A stretch of DNA of 64,000 nt. Source: an uncultured Candidatus Saccharibacteria bacterium (GTDB lineage: Bacteria; Patescibacteriota; Minisyncoccia; Phycocordibacterales; JACOZG01). Where the stretch lies: assembly GCA_964651115.1 (NCBI GenBank), contig CAZYXJ010000001.1, positions 213,077-277,076 of the forward strand, given 5' to 3'. Numbering within the stretch: the stretch's first letter is position 1; each line of letters starts with the position of its first letter. Of the stretch, positions 8,110 through 17,697 are shown one piece after another. The notes below the pieces were generated by a model. The model had not been told where the DNA came from, did not search any database, and saw only the letters and a program-made list of their open reading frames with translations. Both the position numbers and the translations under genes were made by a program.

Positions 8110-9108
8110 ATGGACACGACAGAACAATTTGACTTTATCGCCATCGGCGACATTACCACCGACGCTTTTATCCGAATTAAAGAGGCCGATATCCATTGCC
8201 AGGTCAACAAAGCGGATTGCCAGATCTGCATGCGCTTCGGCGACAAGATCCCCTATGAGTCCGTCACCGTCGTCCCGGCAGTAGGCAACTCGCCCAACGC
8301 CGCCACCAGCGCTGCTCGGCTTGGACTCAAGACCGCCCTCGTCACCAATCTAGGCGCGGATCGCGACGGCGATGAGGCGCTCGCCGAGCTAACCAAAAAC
8401 GGCATCAACGCCACCTTCGTCGCTCGCCACGCCGACAAAAAAACTAATTACCACTACGTCCTGTGGTATCACGACGACCGCACCATCCTCATCAAACACG
8501 AAGAGTATCCTTACCGCTTACCCGAGATCGGCACGCCCCGCTGGATCTATCTCAGCTCGCTGGGTGAAAATTCTCTGCCCTTCCAACACGAGATCGCTGA
8601 TTATGTGAAAAAAAATCCCTTAATCAAACTCGCCTTCCAGCCGGGCACTTTCCAGATTAAAAATAGCCGTGAGCTGGCCGACGTCTATGCCGTGACGGAA
8701 ATCTTTTTCTGTAACGTTGAGGAGGCCAAACGCATTCTCGGCACCACGGCAGGCGAAATAAAAGAGCTTCTCACTGGTCTCGCCGCCCTCGGCCCCAAGA
8801 TCGTGATCATTACTGATGGCGCGCGCGGCGCTTATGCCTACTCGGCCGAAACGGGCGCCTGGTTTATGCCACCTTATCCTGATCCCAAACCACCCCTAGA
8901 GCGCACTGGCGCCGGGGACTCTTTTGCCTCAACCGTGACGGCCGCTCTCGCGCTTGGCAAAACTCTGCCCGAAGCCCTAGCGTGGGGACCAATCAACTCG
9001 ATGTCGGTTGTCCAACACGTCGGCGCGCAAGCCGGCCTCCTGCCTCGATCGGAATTGGAACGCTACTTAGGCCAAGCGCCGACAGATTACACCGCCCGAC
9101 CGCTGTAA
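8110..9108 (+). CDS. PfkB-family carbohydrate kinase (ribokinase / fructokinase-like)
   Basis: 332 aa with N-terminal GD(I/A)xxD and C-terminal TGAGDSF motifs of the ribokinase superfamily. GGAGG RBS before the ATG. Confidence 0.8.
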   Translation: MDTTEQFDFIAIGDITTDAFIRIKEADIHCQVNKADCQICMRFGDKIPYESVTVVPAVGNSPNAATSAARLGLKTALVTNLGADRDGDEALAELTKNGINATFVARHADKKTNYHYVLWYHDDRTILIKHEEYPYRLPEIGTPRWIYLSSLGENSLPFQHEIADYVKKNPLIKLAFQPGTFQIKNSRELADVYAVTEIFFCNVEEAKRILGTTAGEIKELLTGLAALGPKIVIITDGARGAYAYSAETGAWFMPPYPDPKPPLERTGAGDSFASTVTAALALGKTLPEALAWGPINSMSVVQHVGAQAGLLPRSELERYLGQAPTDYTARPL

Positions 9109-9127
9109 AAAATTTGGCATTAAAAAA

Positions 9128-9158
9128 CCCGTCGCTCCCAAGCGACGGGTTTTGGGTT
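9128..9158 (+). terminator. Rho-independent terminator downstream of the PfkB kinase gene
   Basis: cccgtcgc / gcgacggg 8-bp stem with a 6-nt loop, followed by ttttgggtt. Confidence 0.6.
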
Positions 9159-9569
9159 GGCGGAAGAGTGCTTCTTTCCCAACCGCCATTTCTTCTCCGG
9201 AAAGCACCTACAACGAGACGATCAGGACACCACTATGTCCATCAACCTGCAAGAGACGGATCACCTCCCCCAAATCCAAAACCTCCATGACCAGCAAACC
9301 GTCGGGTTTGAACCTGACGCGCAAACCCTGCCCCGACCGATCAGTCACCCGGAGAATGTCGCAGAACGTTACTCCCGCGAACACCTCCGGAAACTGAACT
9401 CGGCACTGATGGAAATCCTCCTCGGTCGCCAGCCGGCAACCGAAGGGCTGACACATGGATTGGCCCCATTCTCCCAGACAGTGGCCCACATCAACTTGCC
9501 CATACACGCACACTTGGTAGACGCAAGTCGGTGCCAGAACGCTCCCACTCATACAGGTCTCCGTTCCTG

Positions 9570-9624
9570 TTACCAAAGAACAATCGCCTTACCAAAGAAC
9601 AATCGCCAGTCGACCGCCGACTGG
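9570..9624. repeat. Two perfect 19-bp tandem repeats (ttaccaaagaacaatcgcc) followed by a 7-bp-stem inverted repeat (ccagtcg-accgc-cgactgg)
   Basis: Read directly from the sequence. It lies in the ~560-bp low-coding-quality gap between the PfkB kinase gene and the transketolase C-half, just 3' of the tkt stop on the minus strand. Confidence 0.5.
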
Positions 9625-9671
9625 CGCAAAAAGGAGAATAGCACACTCTCCCATCATTGACAAACTGTGGA

Positions 9672-10691
9672 TTACTGTCGCTTGCGAGCAATCGCCCGGC
9701 CGACCGCGGCCTTAATACTGCCCACGCCTAAACCATAATGATTAAGCAGTTCGTCGGGCGTACCAGACTGACCAAATTGATCATCAATCCCCACCCGGAC
9801 CAGCGGCACCGGGCATTGTTCGCCCAAAACCTCCGCCACCGCGCCACCCAAGCCGCCCGCGCGCTGATGCTCTTCCACCGTGATCACGGCGCCAGCGCCA
9901 GCTGCCCAGACCACCGCCTCCGTATCCAGGGGCTTAATCGTATGCATATTAATCACCGCTACTTCCGTCCCCGCCTCAGCCAGTTCCGCCGCGGCCGTCA
10001 AAGCAGAATAGACCATCTGACCACAGGCAATAATCGTTACTTGCGGCTTTTCTGGTTGGCGGAGCACATTGGCCCGACCAATTAAAAAGGGTGACTCCTC
10101 CGTTGTCACCACCGGCGACTTTTCGCGCGCGAGACGCAGATAAGCGGGGCCAACATAAGACGCCAGCGCCAGCGTCGCCTTGCGCGCCTCAATCGCGTCG
10201 GCCGGTACCACCACCGTCATCCGGGGTACGACACGCATGATCGCAATATCTTCGATCGCCTGATGCGTCCCACCATCTGGCCCCACGGAAACGCCAGCAT
10301 GCGAACCAACCACCTTAACGTTGCGATCGTTGTAACAAATCGTCGTCCGAATTTGTTCCCAATTACGACCAGGACTAAACATCGCGTACGAAGTTAAAAA
10401 AGGGATCTTGCCCATCGCCGCCATGCCGCTGGCGACGCTCGCCAAGTTCTGCTCCGCCACGCCAATCTCCACGTAACGCTCGGGAAATTTGTTTTTAAAT
10501 AAATGCATCTGCGTTGACTCTACTAAGTCGGCACACAAACCAACCACTTCGGCATTGGCCTCCGCGGCGGCGAGCAACCCTTCACCAAAGCCCTTGCGAA
10601 TCGGCACTCGCTCCACGTCGAGCTTAAAAAGTTTGGGATTTAATTTTTGACCTTCAACTAAATTATTCATGTTCGCCTTTGATCCGACCAC
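9672..10691 (-). CDS. Transketolase, C-terminal section (pyrimidine-binding and C-terminal domains)
   Basis: 339 aa aligning to the TktB-type half of split transketolases. It overlaps the N-terminal half gene by ~30 nt. Confidence 0.85.
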   Translation of the reverse strand: MVGSKANMNNLVEGQKLNPKLFKLDVERVPIRKGFGEGLLAAAEANAEVVGLCADLVESTQMHLFKNKFPERYVEIGVAEQNLASVASGMAAMGKIPFLTSYAMFSPGRNWEQIRTTICYNDRNVKVVGSHAGVSVGPDGGTHQAIEDIAIMRVVPRMTVVVPADAIEARKATLALASYVGPAYLRLAREKSPVVTTEESPFLIGRANVLRQPEKPQVTIIACGQMVYSALTAAAELAEAGTEVAVINMHTIKPLDTEAVVWAAGAGAVITVEEHQRAGGLGGAVAEVLGEQCPVPLVRVGIDDQFGQSGTPDELLNHYGLGVGSIKAAVGRAIARKRQ

Positions 10692-11529
10692 TTAGACTGC
10701 GTAATTCTTTTAACGCCACCACTCCTTCCTCAGCGTTGGGCGGCTTGCCGTGCCACTCAAACTGTCGCTCAAACTGCGGTACGCCCTTAGACGGAATCGT
10801 GTGCGCGATAATGCAACTCGGCCGATTGAAAACCGCCTTGGCATGACCCACCGCTTCGGCAATTGATTCGAAGTTATGACCGTCAATATCTTGAACGTGC
10901 CAACCAAAGCTCTCCCACTTCTCCTTAAGCGGCTCCAGCGGCATCACCGTCTCAGTAAAGCCGTCGATCTGGATATTGTTGCGGTCAACGATCACAATTA
11001 AATTATGCAAAGCCTCGCGGCCGGCGAGCATCGCCGCCTCCCAGATCTGGCCGCAATTAAGTTCACCGTCGCCCGTGAGACAGTAGAAAAAGCGGTCACT
11101 CCGCCGGCCGCGATCCAGCCGGTCAGCCAAGGCCATCCCCACGGCCTGCGAGAGGCCCGAGCCCAGCGGGCCGGAGCTCGTCTCGAGCGCCGGGAGAAAC
11201 TCCCGGTGGGGATGGCCTTGCAAACGCGAACCAAACTTACGCAAAGTGACCAATTCCGAAACCGGAAAGTAACCAGCGTGGGCCATCGTCGCGTAAAGCA
11301 CTGGCGCGATGTGACCATTAGACAAAATCAAGCGATCGCGATCCTCCCAACGCGGATCCTCGGGCCGATGCTTTAACAAATGAAAATAAAGAGCGGTAAA
11401 AATGTCGGTCATGCCCAGCGGTCCTGCCGTGTGGCCAGAACCAGCCGCCAAAAGCATCTCAATAATCGACTGGCGGATCTGCTGCGCCTGCCGTTCTAAA
11501 AATTTTACTTTTTCGTCGTAAAGGATCAC
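10663..11529 (-). CDS. Transketolase, N-terminal section (TPP-binding)
   Basis: 288 aa with TPP-binding GDG...N motif (CLTGDGELNCGQIWEAAMLAG) and HTAGPLG. Confidence 0.85.
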   Translation of the reverse strand: MILYDEKVKFLERQAQQIRQSIIEMLLAAGSGHTAGPLGMTDIFTALYFHLLKHRPEDPRWEDRDRLILSNGHIAPVLYATMAHAGYFPVSELVTLRKFGSRLQGHPHREFLPALETSSGPLGSGLSQAVGMALADRLDRGRRSDRFFYCLTGDGELNCGQIWEAAMLAGREALHNLIVIVDRNNIQIDGFTETVMPLEPLKEKWESFGWHVQDIDGHNFESIAEAVGHAKAVFNRPSCIIAHTIPSKGVPQFERQFEWHGKPPNAEEGVVALKELRSLSGRIKGEHE

Positions 11530-12155
11530 AAATTTTGAAATTGCTTAATCGTCGCCGCCACATCCTCGCTCTCCCACAAGGCCGAACCCACCACCAAGCG
11601 ATCAGCACCAGCCGCTAAGAGCGCCGGGGCATTAGCCAACGTCACGCCACCGTCAATAGAAATTGTAACATCCGGAAATTGCTGTCGCAAAGATTTAATT
11701 TTTTCTTCAATCCCCGCCACCAGCGGCTGACCATGCTGACCAATGGCGGCGATACTCATCAACTGCACCAATTTAAGATTTTCGCGATAGGCTTCTAAAA
11801 CACTAAGCGACGTTGGCCACAACAGAGCTAATCCCAGCTGATTGGGGCGACCGGCGACGGCACCAAAAATCTGTCGCAGTCGATCGCTCGCTTCGTAGTG
11901 GACGATCAAACGATCGGCCCCCGCCAACCAACCAGCCAACTCTGTCTCGGGCTCCTCAATCATCAGATGGACCTCGATCTTAACCTTGCCAGGCACCAGG
12001 GCCAGATCGTCGGCGGTGCCCCACGTCTCCGGACTGGCAAAATGTCCGTCCGTCACATCAATTTGCACCCAATCAACCAAACCTTCGACTTGCGCGATCT
12101 TAGAAGTGATCTCTCGAAAATTTTTACCAATGATTGCCGGAATGATTTGCGCCAT
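11526..12155 (-). CDS. rpe: Ribulose-phosphate 3-epimerase
   Basis: MAQIIPAIIGKNF...VDWVQIDVTDGHF... and a C-terminal DGG(V/I) motif. Start taken at the internal Met (cat 12153-12155), giving ~210 aa with a 4-nt gap to rpiB. Confidence 0.75.
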   Translation of the reverse strand: MAQIIPAIIGKNFREITSKIAQVEGLVDWVQIDVTDGHFASPETWGTADDLALVPGKVKIEVHLMIEEPETELAGWLAGADRLIVHYEASDRLRQIFGAVAGRPNQLGLALLWPTSLSVLEAYRENLKLVQLMSIAAIGQHGQPLVAGIEEKIKSLRQQFPDVTISIDGGVTLANAPALLAAGADRLVVGSALWESEDVAATIKQFQNL

Positions 12156-12159
12156 AATT

Positions 12160-12627
12160 TTAAAACTGATACTCGGTCTGCCCCTCTTGATCAATCTTAT
12201 TAATGCGGCGGACGTGACGATCATCGCCCGGGAAATCGGTCTTGAGCCAAAGCTCGACCATCGCTAGCGCCTGATCCTCTTTAACAAAGCGGGCGCCCAG
12301 GGAGAGCACGTTGGCGTTATTGTGCACGCGCGAGAGCGTGACGATGCCCTCGTCGCCGCCGTAGTAAACGGCGGCCCGGACACCCGGATAACGATTGGCC
12401 ACCATCGCCTCGCCCTGGCCCGAACCACCAAAAATTAGTCCCCGATCTTCGTCCGGATTAACCGCGACCTGTTTGCCGACTAGGTGGATAAAATCGGGAT
12501 AATCATCATTCTCCTCCAGCGCGAACGCCCCCTCGTCGTGAACCGTGTAGCCCAAAGACTTTAGTCGGACCTTAACCGCCTCCTTGAGTGCGTACCCTGC
12601 ATGATCCGCCGCCAAAAAAATTTTCAT
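12160..12627 (-). CDS. rpiB: Ribose-5-phosphate isomerase B (RpiB/LacAB family)
   Basis: 155 aa, MKIFLAADHAGYALKEAVKVRLKSLGYTVHDEG..., catalytic Cys region GSGQGEAM. Confidence 0.85.
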   Translation of the reverse strand: MKIFLAADHAGYALKEAVKVRLKSLGYTVHDEGAFALEENDDYPDFIHLVGKQVAVNPDEDRGLIFGGSGQGEAMVANRYPGVRAAVYYGGDEGIVTLSRVHNNANVLSLGARFVKEDQALAMVELWLKTDFPGDDRHVRRINKIDQEGQTEYQF

Positions 12628-12654
12628 AAACTACAAATAAAGAATAGCAATATA

Positions 12655-12695
12655 AGTTCATAATATCAAAATGCCCCCGCAGTGGTTGCGGGGGC
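12655..12695 (-). terminator. Rho-independent terminator (minus strand) after hypothetical gene 12707-13240
   Basis: gcccccgca / tgcgggggc 9-bp stem with loop gtggt, followed on the minus strand by attttgatattat. Confidence 0.55.
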
Positions 12696-12706
12696 TAAGT
12701 CTACTT

Positions 12707-13240
12707 TTAACCCCGCCAACTAAAATCGGGGTCAGAATCGCCGCGGGGATCAGGTGCTTCTGGCAAATCCTCTTCCGCTCCAACTCTCTGCCGAAACTGA
12801 TCATCCATAACACTAAAACAATCTTCTAGAAAGTGGCTACAAATTCCGATCGCCCACCACGTCTCTACTTCGTTTGAATCAGTCTCACCCTCCTCAAGAG
12901 TCCTCGTTTGGGGATTAAAAATTAACCAACGCAAACGATCCACGAAAGGTTCAGGGGCAGTTTTTCGAGAAGGCAGAAAATACTTGAAGTGGTGCACAAC
13001 CTGTCCCAAGCTTGTTTTTAGGGGCAGACCGGGCAACAAAACCAACCCAAGATCTTTAACTCTTTTCAAAACTGAGGTCTCGGGAAAAGACTCCTCCAGA
13101 TTAGCAAGATGCTCTGCGTTATAAAAAACGCCACAAAAAGCAAAGATCTGCCCCGGGGAAATGAATTTTTTTCCCAAGACCTCGCCTCGAGAGACAAAAC
13201 TCGCCTGGAAACAGTTAGGCGGAACGAGCTCAATCGTCAT
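12707..13240 (-). CDS. Hypothetical protein
   Basis: 177-aa ORF with coherent codon usage and no recognisable motif. Confidence 0.4.
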   Translation of the reverse strand: MTIELVPPNCFQASFVSRGEVLGKKFISPGQIFAFCGVFYNAEHLANLEESFPETSVLKRVKDLGLVLLPGLPLKTSLGQVVHHFKYFLPSRKTAPEPFVDRLRWLIFNPQTRTLEEGETDSNEVETWWAIGICSHFLEDCFSVMDDQFRQRVGAEEDLPEAPDPRGDSDPDFSWRG

Positions 13241-13284
13241 GATCTAGGCTCCTTAAAAAGAACTTTTTATCGTTATACCAGAAA

Positions 13285-13590
13285 CTAATCTTTCTCACCA
13301 GTAAGGATTAAACGCTTTTCAAAACCGCCGCGCTCCTCTTTTTTTCTCTGCCGCACCGCCTCCACCCCAGCATAATCTGGAAGCTTTTTAAGCGCCTCAA
13401 TGACCTCGAGCACATCTGCCAACTCCCCCACTTCTCCCGCGAGAGAAAATTCGGTCGCCTCTTCGACTAACTTCTTTATCAATTCTTCTCGATACTCCAA
13501 ATCTGTCGCAACCCGTTGCTCGTAAGCCACACCCTTAGCATCAAGGATCTCGGGAATCTTATCGCGAACTAATTTGTGATAATGGGTCAT
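13285..13590 (-). CDS. Small MazG-like nucleotide pyrophosphohydrolase domain protein
   Basis: 101 aa. KLVRDKIPEI...EExxE...ELADVLEVIEAL resembles the MazG/HisE-like all-alpha NTP pyrophosphatase fold. Confidence 0.45.
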   Translation of the reverse strand: MTHYHKLVRDKIPEILDAKGVAYEQRVATDLEYREELIKKLVEEATEFSLAGEVGELADVLEVIEALKKLPDYAGVEAVRQRKKEERGGFEKRLILTGEKD

Positions 13591-14619
13591 TTATTTAATC
13601 CCTGCGGTTTCGATGACGTGACGAACGAGCGTGTGGGTGTACCCCATCTCATTATCGTACCAAGACAAAACCTTGACGAGATTGCCATCCACCACCATGG
13701 TAAACTCCGCGTCCACGATGGCCGCGTAAGCCAGACCGACGATATCGCTCGAGACTAACGGCTCATTACTGACGAGCAAGAGATCGCGCCAGCGCGGCGT
13801 GGCCGCCGCATCAGTCAAAAGCTTATTGACCTCCTCGGCACTCGTGCGCCGCTTGCTGATAAAGGTCACGTCGGCGATCGAACCAGTAATCACCGGCACG
13901 CGCAAAGAGATGCCATCGAACTTACCCCTAAGACTCGGGATTACCTCCGTTACCGAGATCGCCGCGCCCGTCGTCGACGGGATCACGTTGTGGGCCGCAG
14001 CGCGGCCGCGGCGATAATCCTTGGCGTCCGGCGAGTCAACCAAGCGTTGAGTAGCTGTGTAAGCGTGCACCGTCGAGAGGATCGCCTTTTCCACACCCAG
14101 GGTCTCATTCATAATTTGGATCACTGGCGAAGCGGCATTAGTGGTGCACGAAGCGTTAGAGGTGATCTGGCAACGCGCCAACTCCGACTCATTAATACCC
14201 ATCAGCACCGTCGCCCCGCTAATCCCCGGCACTGGCGTACCCTTAACGGGCGCCGAGACCACCACCTTATGCGCGCCGGCATCAATGTGCGCCTTGGCCT
14301 TGTCGTAACTATCAAAAAAACCAGTGGACTCAACGACCACATCAATCCCTAATTGCCCCCAAGGCAACTGCGCGGGGTCCTTTTGCTGAAAAAATTTAAT
14401 AACCTGATTATTAATCACCAATTCTCCCGGACGCACCTCCACCTGCAAGCCCGAACGACCGTAAGCACTGTCGTAGCGTAATAAATAAGCCAAGTTATCT
14501 AAATCTCCCAGATCGTTGACGGCCACCACTTGCACTTCCGGCTTAGTGAGGGCGACTTTAAGAAAGGCGCGACCGATCCGCCCCAGACCATTGATCGCCA
14601 CTTTAGCTTTAGTAGACAT
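13591..14619 (-). CDS. gap: Glyceraldehyde-3-phosphate dehydrogenase, type I
   Basis: 342 aa with N-terminal NGLGRIGR Rossmann motif and the catalytic SNASCTTN signature. Confidence 0.9.
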   Translation of the reverse strand: MSTKAKVAINGLGRIGRAFLKVALTKPEVQVVAVNDLGDLDNLAYLLRYDSAYGRSGLQVEVRPGELVINNQVIKFFQQKDPAQLPWGQLGIDVVVESTGFFDSYDKAKAHIDAGAHKVVVSAPVKGTPVPGISGATVLMGINESELARCQITSNASCTTNAASPVIQIMNETLGVEKAILSTVHAYTATQRLVDSPDAKDYRRGRAAAHNVIPSTTGAAISVTEVIPSLRGKFDGISLRVPVITGSIADVTFISKRRTSAEEVNKLLTDAAATPRWRDLLLVSNEPLVSSDIVGLAYAAIVDAEFTMVVDGNLVKVLSWYDNEMGYTHTLVRHVIETAGIK

Positions 14620-14652
14620 GATGATATTATATCATCAAACATTTAACGCTCC

Positions 14653-15102
14653 ATGTTTAGATCACTTCTCCGACTGGATAGGCACGTCATCAGCTTTGCT
14701 AATCACCACGGCCTCCTCCTGGCTCGCCTGGCCTTGGCGCTCGTCTATGGTTGGTTTGGCATTTTAAAATTAGTCGGCGCCAGTCCCGCCAACCCCCTCG
14801 TCGACGCCCTGCTCGGAAAAACTTTGCCCTTTCTCACCTTTGGCCAATTTATTATTATTCTCGGCTGGTGGGAGGTGGCGATTGCTATCGCCTTTCTCAT
14901 CCCGCGACTGGAGCGCGTCGCCATCCTCTTGGTGGCGCCCCATCTCGTCGTCACAGCGATGCCCCTCTTTCTGCTCCCCTCCCTCACTTGGCAAAGTAAC
15001 TGGATCCCCACCCTCGAAGGTCAATACATCATCAAAAACGCCGTGCTCGCGGCACTGGCGCTTTCGGTTGCTGGTCACTTAGAACCGCTAAATCGTCGTT
15101 AG
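14653..15102 (+). CDS. Small integral membrane protein (DoxX-like?)
   Basis: 149 aa with four predicted TM helices. Weak resemblance to the DoxX family. Confidence 0.4.
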   Translation: MFRSLLRLDRHVISFANHHGLLLARLALALVYGWFGILKLVGASPANPLVDALLGKTLPFLTFGQFIIILGWWEVAIAIAFLIPRLERVAILLVAPHLVVTAMPLFLLPSLTWQSNWIPTLEGQYIIKNAVLAALALSVAGHLEPLNRR

Positions 15103-15605
15103 CCCTTGATCTCGGGAAGATTTTCGGTCGCCAAAAAGGTGACGCGCAAGGGATTGCCGTCCGGACCCTCAAGCAAAGCATCCTCCACCACACTAAAGCG
15201 ATCATCGCCGTTATCGGCATAAAGCTCAACGAAATAATTTTTACCCTCCTCCAACTTTTCGATCAGATCAATCGTCCCTGCTCGCGTGTTGGCGTCAAAA
15301 TAGCCCGCCCCAATCACCGAACCGACGACGCCACTATCGTTGCGGCGAACAACCACCCAACCGCCCTCAGGCAAATCAACTTGCGAAACGTAGACGCTCG
15401 CCGCTGGCAATTGCAAGCCCACCGTAATCGTCGCCGTCCGGCCAGCCCGGATCGCCGCCGCGCGGTCGAAAGCGCTACCTACCGCGGCGGAGTTATCGTT
15501 GGCGCCGTCGCGAGTCGAGAGCCAGACAATCGCCCCGATCGCAATAATAATCACCACCACAATACCAATCACCACCTTGCGTGCGCCCGTCTCATTGGGT
15601 TCCAT
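15099..15605 (-). CDS. Hypothetical membrane-anchored protein
   Basis: 168 aa, N-terminal TM anchor (VVIGIVVVIIIAIGAIVWL) then a soluble domain. Confidence 0.4.
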   Translation of the reverse strand: MEPNETGARKVVIGIVVVIIIAIGAIVWLSTRDGANDNSAAVGSAFDRAAAIRAGRTATITVGLQLPAASVYVSQVDLPEGGWVVVRRNDSGVVGSVIGAGYFDANTRAGTIDLIEKLEEGKNYFVELYADNGDDRFSVVEDALLEGPDGNPLRVTFLATENLPEIKG

Positions 15606-15668
15606 ATCAATAAATTAAGTTAATAATCATTAATTATATCAAAAATCATGAACCACCAGAATGGACGT

Positions 15669-16109
15669 TTAATGAAGTAGGGCCTTAAGCGCGGCTAGTG
15701 ACTTGGGCCACAGATCCTCAAACATGGGAGCATATTCGTCCGGGACGTCAATCAGCTCCACCACCAGCTCCGTACCGTCGCCGTGCTCGCGAAAAGTATA
15801 ATTTTCGTAAGCGACGTGGCCATCGGGCCAGGGCTTTTCCTCCCCCGCTATCACCTCGCCGTAATGCTCAATCGAGATATATTCGGGCGGCCGACTTTCT
15901 TTAATCCGCGAGAGCATCCCGCCCTCCACGCCCGTCTCAGGATGAGGGCCCAAAAACAACATTTTGCTACCCTCGCTCCAATCACCGCGGTAATACGACC
16001 CCTCGCAAAACACTTTGGTCCACTGACGATAGGTGGCATCCTCGAGCATTGTCTGCCAAACCTTTTCCCGTGGCGCCTCAATCTCAATCGAATATTTTAA
16101 ATTTTTCAT
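15669..16109 (-). CDS. SRPBCC-superfamily protein (AHSA1/activator-of-Hsp90-ATPase-like or polyketide-cyclase-like fold)
   Basis: 146 aa. MKNLKYSIEIEAPREKVWQTMLED...YRQW is characteristic of SRPBCC ligand-binding proteins. Confidence 0.55.
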   Translation of the reverse strand: MKNLKYSIEIEAPREKVWQTMLEDATYRQWTKVFCEGSYYRGDWSEGSKMLFLGPHPETGVEGGMLSRIKESRPPEYISIEHYGEVIAGEEKPWPDGHVAYENYTFREHGDGTELVVELIDVPDEYAPMFEDLWPKSLAALKALLH

Positions 16110-16130
16110 ATATTTAAGTTACGGATAATC

Positions 16131-16439
16131 TCACTTTTTCTCCCAGCGATCTTTATCTCGACTATTCAACTTAGCCATCACCCGATCAAAGCCGCGATCC
16201 ATATCGAGGCCCAGAGAATTAGATAAACAGGTTAAAGTGAAGATAACATCAGCAACCTCTTCCTCAATATCCTGGACATCCTCAGTATCTTTTTTCTTTT
16301 TAGGACCAAAACGGTGATTTATTTCCCGAGCCAACTCCCCAATCTCTTCCGTCAAACGGGCCATTATTTCTAGGGGTTTAAAATAACCGATCTTATATTG
16401 TTGCACCCACCCCTCCACCTCTTGTTGGATTCTTTTCAT
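16131..16439 (-). CDS. MazG-type nucleotide pyrophosphohydrolase
   Basis: 102 aa, ...LTEEIGELAREI...EEVADVIFTLTCLSNSLGLDMD... (EExxE/D motifs of the MazG domain). Confidence 0.6.
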   Translation of the reverse strand: MKRIQQEVEGWVQQYKIGYFKPLEIMARLTEEIGELAREINHRFGPKKKKDTEDVQDIEEEVADVIFTLTCLSNSLGLDMDRGFDRVMAKLNSRDKDRWEKK

Positions 16440-16446
16440 ACGGCCA

Positions 16447-16890
16447 TTATTCCATATATTCTATTTCCAACCCAAGCCGCAGGGCCTGATCATGCTCCCA
16501 GCGTGCACCGACCGAAGACTGCCAATCAGGGAGAAAATACAACTTATGAACCAATTTAGACTCAAATATTGGCAAGTAAAAATCGATTAACAATAAGTCA
16601 TCGTAATGCTCAAACTCGCGTCGACTCTTAATGCGTTGCATCGGTACTTCAAAAGGAACTTGATCAAAAATCTCGATCCCTCTTTGTTGCAAACTAGCGA
16701 TCGTCACTTCGAATCGCTTTAAATTTTTCTCCACCGAACCAGCGCCACCGGTCGAAATCGGACCGCACACCTGGCCAATGGGTGGGGGCATTTTCCGCAA
16801 CACTTGTTCAGCAACAATAAAAAGATCCCGATAAGTCTCCGCTCGGTCTAAGCTGTCATAATGTTCTTGATCCCAATACTTAAGTGACAT
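16447..16890 (-). CDS. DUF4406-like / nucleoside 2-deoxyribosyltransferase-like protein
   Basis: 147 aa. CGPISTGG...FEVTIASLQQRGIEIFDQVPF...LPDWQSSVGARWEHDQALRLGLEI matches the flavodoxin-like DUF4406/NDT fold pattern. Confidence 0.45.
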   Translation of the reverse strand: MSLKYWDQEHYDSLDRAETYRDLFIVAEQVLRKMPPPIGQVCGPISTGGAGSVEKNLKRFEVTIASLQQRGIEIFDQVPFEVPMQRIKSRREFEHYDDLLLIDFYLPIFESKLVHKLYFLPDWQSSVGARWEHDQALRLGLEIEYME

Positions 16891-16903
16891 AAAATTGTAA
16901 ATT

Positions 16904-17305
16904 TTACCTTATTTTCTTAACGACGGTGCCGTAAAAAATTGATGATCTGGTCCTGGAACCACCCGACTCAAAACCCACGAAAAGGCTGGGGTTTTTTATA
17001 ACCTTGTAATAATCTCCTCTGAAATAAAAAGTTTCTTTTAAATTGAATCTTTCAGCATTATAAATCTCTTCAAAAACATAAACTCCCCCTCCACGAGATA
17101 ATGGCTCACCCTCAAGCACCGCCACCTCATCACTCGATTGATACATTTTTTGAGAGTCAAAAAACTCTATATCGCCAAAAGGAATACGATTCTTTACTTC
17201 AGCTAAAAACGTTTTCTTTATATTAACGTCAAATGCCCAACCCAAAGCAAGAATACCAACCGCAATAAAAAACGAAAATTTATGCCTCAAGATAAAATTA
17301 ATCAC
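16904..17305 (-). CDS. Hypothetical protein with N-terminal TM anchor
   Basis: 133-aa ORF, lower GC than the backbone. Confidence 0.35.
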   Translation of the reverse strand: MINFILRHKFSFFIAVGILALGWAFDVNIKKTFLAEVKNRIPFGDIEFFDSQKMYQSSDEVAVLEGEPLSRGGGVYVFEEIYNAERFNLKETFYFRGDYYKVIKNPSLFVGFESGGSRTRSSIFYGTVVKKIR

Positions 17306-17697
17306 AAAAAAGATCGATAATCGGGATAATTGGCCTTAATAATGGATCTCCATGCAGCCGTTTCATTCGTGCTGCCCAAATCACCCTTGGTATAAACTAA
17401 CAGAACGTGTACAGTGGCATTGCTTTTTTTGATAGCAATAATACACCTGTTACCCGAAGCGTGGCGCGACTTACCAGGTCCAGCAATCCGAAATTCCGTT
17501 TTACAAATCTTGACGTCGCCAGCATCACAAATTATCTCCACACGACTATTAACACCGATCAGTGATTCTATACGTTTAAATTGCTCCGCAATAGCATTCC
17601 ATGTAACATCCCAAGCATTTTTATACTTCTTCTTAAATTTTGAGATGTAGTGTCGGTCGGCAAATTTTTCGACAATAACCGCATAACTAGTAGACAT
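17302..17697 (-). CDS. Putative type II toxin (RelE/ParE-superfamily, Gp49/HigB-like) paired with a Panacea-domain antitoxin
   Basis: 131 aa. Its 3' portion ...FRIAGPGKSRHASGNRCIIAIKKSNATVHVLLVYTKGD... resembles the conserved core of Gp49/RelE-fold toxins. It overlaps the upstream HTH-Panacea gene by 11 nt. Confidence 0.45.
   Translation of the reverse strand: MSTSYAVIVEKFADRHYISKFKKKYKNAWDVTWNAIAEQFKRIESLIGVNSRVEIICDAGDVKICKTEFRIAGPGKSRHASGNRCIIAIKKSNATVHVLLVYTKGDLGSTNETAAWRSIIKANYPDYRSFL

Noticed and set aside
9157-9660. 167-aa plus-strand ORF between the PfkB kinase and transketolase
   Set aside because: It begins inside the terminator hairpin of the preceding gene, has no RBS, and has a H/Q/T/P-rich low-complexity composition with no recognisable domain. 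It was treated as probably non-coding and reported as a finding instead.
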